Positions 61,183 to 64,000 of a stretch of 64,000 nt of DNA are shown piece after piece. The first letter of the stretch is position 1. Each line of letters opens with the position of its first letter. The stretch is from an uncultured archaeon (GTDB taxonomy: Archaea > Asgardarchaeota > Lokiarchaeia > Sigyniarchaeales > SOKP01), in NCBI GenBank assembly GCA_964486045.1, contig CAZALK010000015.1, positions 64,001 through 128,000 on the forward strand. Direction: 5' to 3'. The notes under the pieces were generated by a model that was given only the letters and a program-made list of their open reading frames with translations, ran no database searches and was not told the DNA's origin. The position numbers were made by a program, and so were the translations under genes.

Positions 61183-61326
61183 ATGGAAGCTAATCCTAAC
61201 AAAAATCAAAGTGAAGATGATTTAGGTGATGATAGTCAAGATCGGAGAAAAAGGAATAAATGGATAATAATTTGTTTAATAATTATTATTGTTATGATGC
61301 TTCCTTCTACTTTAATTTTTTTTTAA
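61183..61326 (+). CDS. Possible 47-aa tail-anchored microprotein
   Basis: MEANPNKNQSEDDLGDDSQDRRKRNKWIIICLIIIIVMMLPSTLIFF: acidic N-terminus, basic patch, terminal TM. Confidence 0.4.
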   Translation: MEANPNKNQSEDDLGDDSQDRRKRNKWIIICLIIIIVMMLPSTLIFF

Positions 61327-62129
61327 AATCTTGTTTTTTTATTAAAATCGCTGTCTTCCCAAATAAAGAGATGTTTTAATAATTCCGGTAAGAATTTAAT
61401 GGTACCAAGGTTATAGAAAAACAAATCGGTAAGATGTTTAAATTTACACATCACCTCTGGTATTATGTCTAAATCAGGAATACCTAAGCGTAGGCTTACG
61501 ACACGCTTATTTTCCACATGAAAAAAATTACTGCTTCTTGTGTAATTGGGAGGTTTTTCATCGTTAATTATAATATAGACAGGCTTTCTTAGTATGAATT
61601 CTAATTCGCGTAGAATTTCCGCCTCTCTTGGCTCTAATAATGCATCTATAAGTTCACCGTGAGATAGTAGCGATGTAAGGCGGGATTCATAGAGGTAATT
61701 AACCACACTTTCGTAACCACTTCCCAATCTTTTAGCAATTTCTTCTTTTAAAATAATTTTTGCATATAGGTCATGTTTTGCTAATTCCTGAAGTAAGCTA
61801 AATGATAGACTATAGTGCAAAATTCGTGAATCGTAGCCACTTTCATACCATGCTTGAATATTCGAGCAATGCCCAAAGAATTCATCTTCTGGGGATATAC
61901 CATTTTCGACATCATCCCAACCAGTTTTTTCTGTTAATTTTAATTTTTCTATTACTTCCTCAATTGATTCAATACCATTAAAGCTTTCAGCTTCTTCAAG
62001 GGGTATATTTAATGTCAAGCTTTTACACTGCCTGAAAAGCTTATTATTGATATAAATATTAGTGTCTCCGTCCTCTAATCTGAGAGAGATTAACTTATTA
62101 ACGACAAATTCTTTATCTGCCATCCTCAT
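61323..62129 (-). CDS. Lokiarchaeal-type hypothetical protein with short C-terminal LRR-like segment
   Basis: EFFGHCSNIQAWYE.GYDSRILH motif; IPEVMCKFKHLTDL..FLPE. Confidence 0.65.
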   Translation of the reverse strand: MRMADKEFVVNKLISLRLEDGDTNIYINNKLFRQCKSLTLNIPLEEAESFNGIESIEEVIEKLKLTEKTGWDDVENGISPEDEFFGHCSNIQAWYESGYDSRILHYSLSFSLLQELAKHDLYAKIILKEEIAKRLGSGYESVVNYLYESRLTSLLSHGELIDALLEPREAEILRELEFILRKPVYIIINDEKPPNYTRSSNFFHVENKRVVSLRLGIPDLDIIPEVMCKFKHLTDLFFYNLGTIKFLPELLKHLFIWEDSDFNKKTRF

Positions 62130-62270
62130 TAAAATACATATTTTATTAAAATATAAATTAAAAGTTTTTCAAGCTCTTTCGAGAGATTCTTATTATCTAT
62201 TCTTTTAAATTTTCAATATAAAATCTATGGAGATGTATAAGTAAAGAAAATTCCGATTTTTTAGATATAA

Positions 62271-62921
62271 TTAATAAAGCATCTTATATATTAGTTGGAT
62301 CAATCCTGGCAATATAAAGATAAACCCGAGTGTATTCCCTATAAGATGTGTTATAGTAAAAGGAATACCAGTTATAAATATTGGTAAAAAGCGATCAACT
62401 GTGCCATAAAACGATATAGCATCAACCATCGTGGAAAAAATTTGAAAAAACGTTGTGATCATTCCCCCAGTAATTCCAAAAATAACCATTAAAGAAATTT
62501 TATATAGATCTTCATCTGGTGTAAAGAAAGTCTTATTTCTAAGTAATTGATGGACTACTGCTCCTAATAATCCTACTGATGTATAATACATTAATTGGAA
62601 AGCTAAAAGGGGTAAAGGAGAAGCACCAAGAGGATTAAAGAATGTAAAGATAATTGAACTTAGGAATCCTACAATCATCCCATCTCTTTTCCCTAAGATA
62701 AAACCTGATAAAAATATTGTAAGAGTAAATAATTCAACATTAGGTATAAATACTAATGCATATCCTAGAACCACACTTAATGCCGTAAAAGTACTGACTA
62801 ATGCAATTCGGAATGATCTTCTTTCTAACCAAACTGAAGTATTTCTAATCTCCTGTTCTGATCTTGCTGTCTTAAGTGGTTGTTTATCTGGATTTATAGA
62901 GTCTGGTTCTAAATTTTCCAC
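62271..62921 (-). CDS. ECF transporter substrate-specific (S) component
   Basis: IALVSTFTAL, IPNVE, GFILG...G..VG; about 6 TMs. Confidence 0.8.
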   Translation of the reverse strand: MENLEPDSINPDKQPLKTARSEQEIRNTSVWLERRSFRIALVSTFTALSVVLGYALVFIPNVELFTLTIFLSGFILGKRDGMIVGFLSSIIFTFFNPLGASPLPLLAFQLMYYTSVGLLGAVVHQLLRNKTFFTPDEDLYKISLMVIFGITGGMITTFFQIFSTMVDAISFYGTVDRFLPIFITGIPFTITHLIGNTLGFIFILPGLIQLIYKMLY

Positions 62922-63111
62922 AGAATTTCTCTCGGCAAGTTATTACTTTATAGCTTAAAGAGAATAATTTTACACTATTTAAAAATTTATAGGAAACATC
63001 ACCTATTCTTTGTGACAGAAATATAAAGAATCATCAGAAACATTTAAACATAATATTTTATTATTGCCTAAAATGTTTTATATATTAATAATTAGAGATT
63101 TATGAATTGCT

Positions 63112-63576
63112 ATGGAAAATATAATTCAATTACAAGTAGAGATAAATTGTGATATAAACACTGCCTTTGACATGTTTACGCAAAACAGATTATTAGAGAG
63201 TTGGTTAACAGAAAAGGCTGAAGTAGAACCAAAAGTTGGGGGGAAATTTGAATTATTCTGGGTTCCTGAAAATCGAGAGCACGATAGTACGATTGGTTGT
63301 AAAATTACAGGAATAGAGAAAAATAAATTTCTCTGTTTTTCATGGAAAGGACCCACACAGTATGAGGCTTTCATGAATTTTGCTGATCCTCTCACACACG
63401 TAATTGCTTGTTTCTCTCAAGAAAATAATAATTCAAATAAAACTACTATTCATTTATTCCATACAGGTTGGAGAAAGGCTCCTGAATGGCAAGAAGCGCG
63501 AAATTGGTTTCAAGAAGCTTGGGTAAATGCATTTGAAGTATTAAAAGAAAAAATCAAAAATAAGACATTGCCTTAA
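63112..63576 (+). CDS. SRPBCC/AHSA1 (START-like) domain protein
   Basis: LESW...VEPKVGGKF, FSWKGP, LFHTGW, W...FEVL. Confidence 0.88.
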   Translation: MENIIQLQVEINCDINTAFDMFTQNRLLESWLTEKAEVEPKVGGKFELFWVPENREHDSTIGCKITGIEKNKFLCFSWKGPTQYEAFMNFADPLTHVIACFSQENNNSNKTTIHLFHTGWRKAPEWQEARNWFQEAWVNAFEVLKEKIKNKTLP

Positions 63577-63608
63577 ATTATAAGATTTGGTTAAAAAAAG
63601 AAAAAAAT

Positions 63609-63893
63609 TCATATGTCAATGTTTATTTTGCCTGATTTAACTGCTTCATATAATTCTTCCCAAACTTTTCGTTCTTCTTTCGTCAAAAAGTAGACTCCTA
63701 TGGTTATAACTAAATAAATTATAGAGGTTATTATTCCAATAACCATTGAGATAATTTGAGATTCTTGACCGAAATAAATTGGGGATTGATCATCAAATGT
63801 TAAGAGTAACCAGTATTCATCAACAAAAAATCCTAAACCTGCACCAAATAAAATGTGCTCAATAGGTGCGAAAACTAAGTTAACTATTTTAGG
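63609..63893 (-). pseudogene. 5'-truncated membrane-protein fragment
   Basis: Open frame ILFGAGLGFFVDEYWLLL...IDI* bounded upstream by TAA with no ATG/GTG/TTG ahead of the conserved-looking part. Confidence 0.45.
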
Positions 63894-64000
63894 TTAATGC
63901 TAAGATTACTGTACTATTTACTACTATCTACTAAATGATTAAAATTAAATTTAGAGTAGCATTTTATTAAATTCATTAGATGTTAACCTATGAGAAACTC

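Noticed and set aside
1422-63395. Numerous short antisense or nested ORFs in the track (e.g. 6224-6691, 41391-41915, 56134-56508, 57826-58164)
   Set aside because: They are shadows of well-supported genes on the opposite strand or in another frame, with no motifs
63865-64000. Terminus of a mobile element truncating the last membrane gene
   Set aside because: No terminal inverted repeat partner or transposase visible before the window ends
1-64000. Selenoprotein or stop-codon readthrough genes
   Set aside because: I noticed no in-frame TGA/TAG interrupting a recognisable domain; this was not an exhaustive scan

Overview
AT-rich archaeal chromosomal window, most likely from an Asgard archaeon (Lokiarchaeia-like). 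The assignment rests on the archaeal ribosomal protein cluster with Rnp1/S4e/L32e/L19e, an A1:U72 tRNA-Gln with a BHB intron, and eukaryote-like OST subunits (ribophorin I, an OSTC/DC2-like protein). From left to right: (1) 1-10.3 kb, a glycosylation/translocon cluster (GT4, DUF354, Sec61beta divergent from ribophorin I, Trm112, tRNA-Gln, AglH/Alg7, M48 protease, UbiA-family transferase); (2) a 963-aa repeat glycoprotein and a peptide ABC transporter operon; (3) a DUF362 gene whose 3' end recurs 2.8 kb downstream, bracketing two genes; (4) a ~5.2-kb accessory island at 30.36-35.6 kb, built from two modules that each start with the same ~34-bp repeat (22 bp identical). It encodes a wHTH regulator, a small wHTH/YwgA-like protein, a SAMHD1-like HD hydrolase, a Zn-finger microprotein, a ParB-DUF488 fusion and an OB-fold-like partner, and is the best candidate for an undescribed defence/DNA-surveillance system; (5) housekeeping genes (RadA paralogues, Trm1, RlmE, a TFEbeta/Rpc34-like gene with an apparent ATC start, MptE, GcvH, frameshifted PepD, ferredoxins, MaoC pair, ribokinase); (6) the S19-to-L15 ribosomal protein cluster, interrupted by two orphan ORFs and not followed by secY. 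All family calls are by-eye motif recognition; no searches were run.
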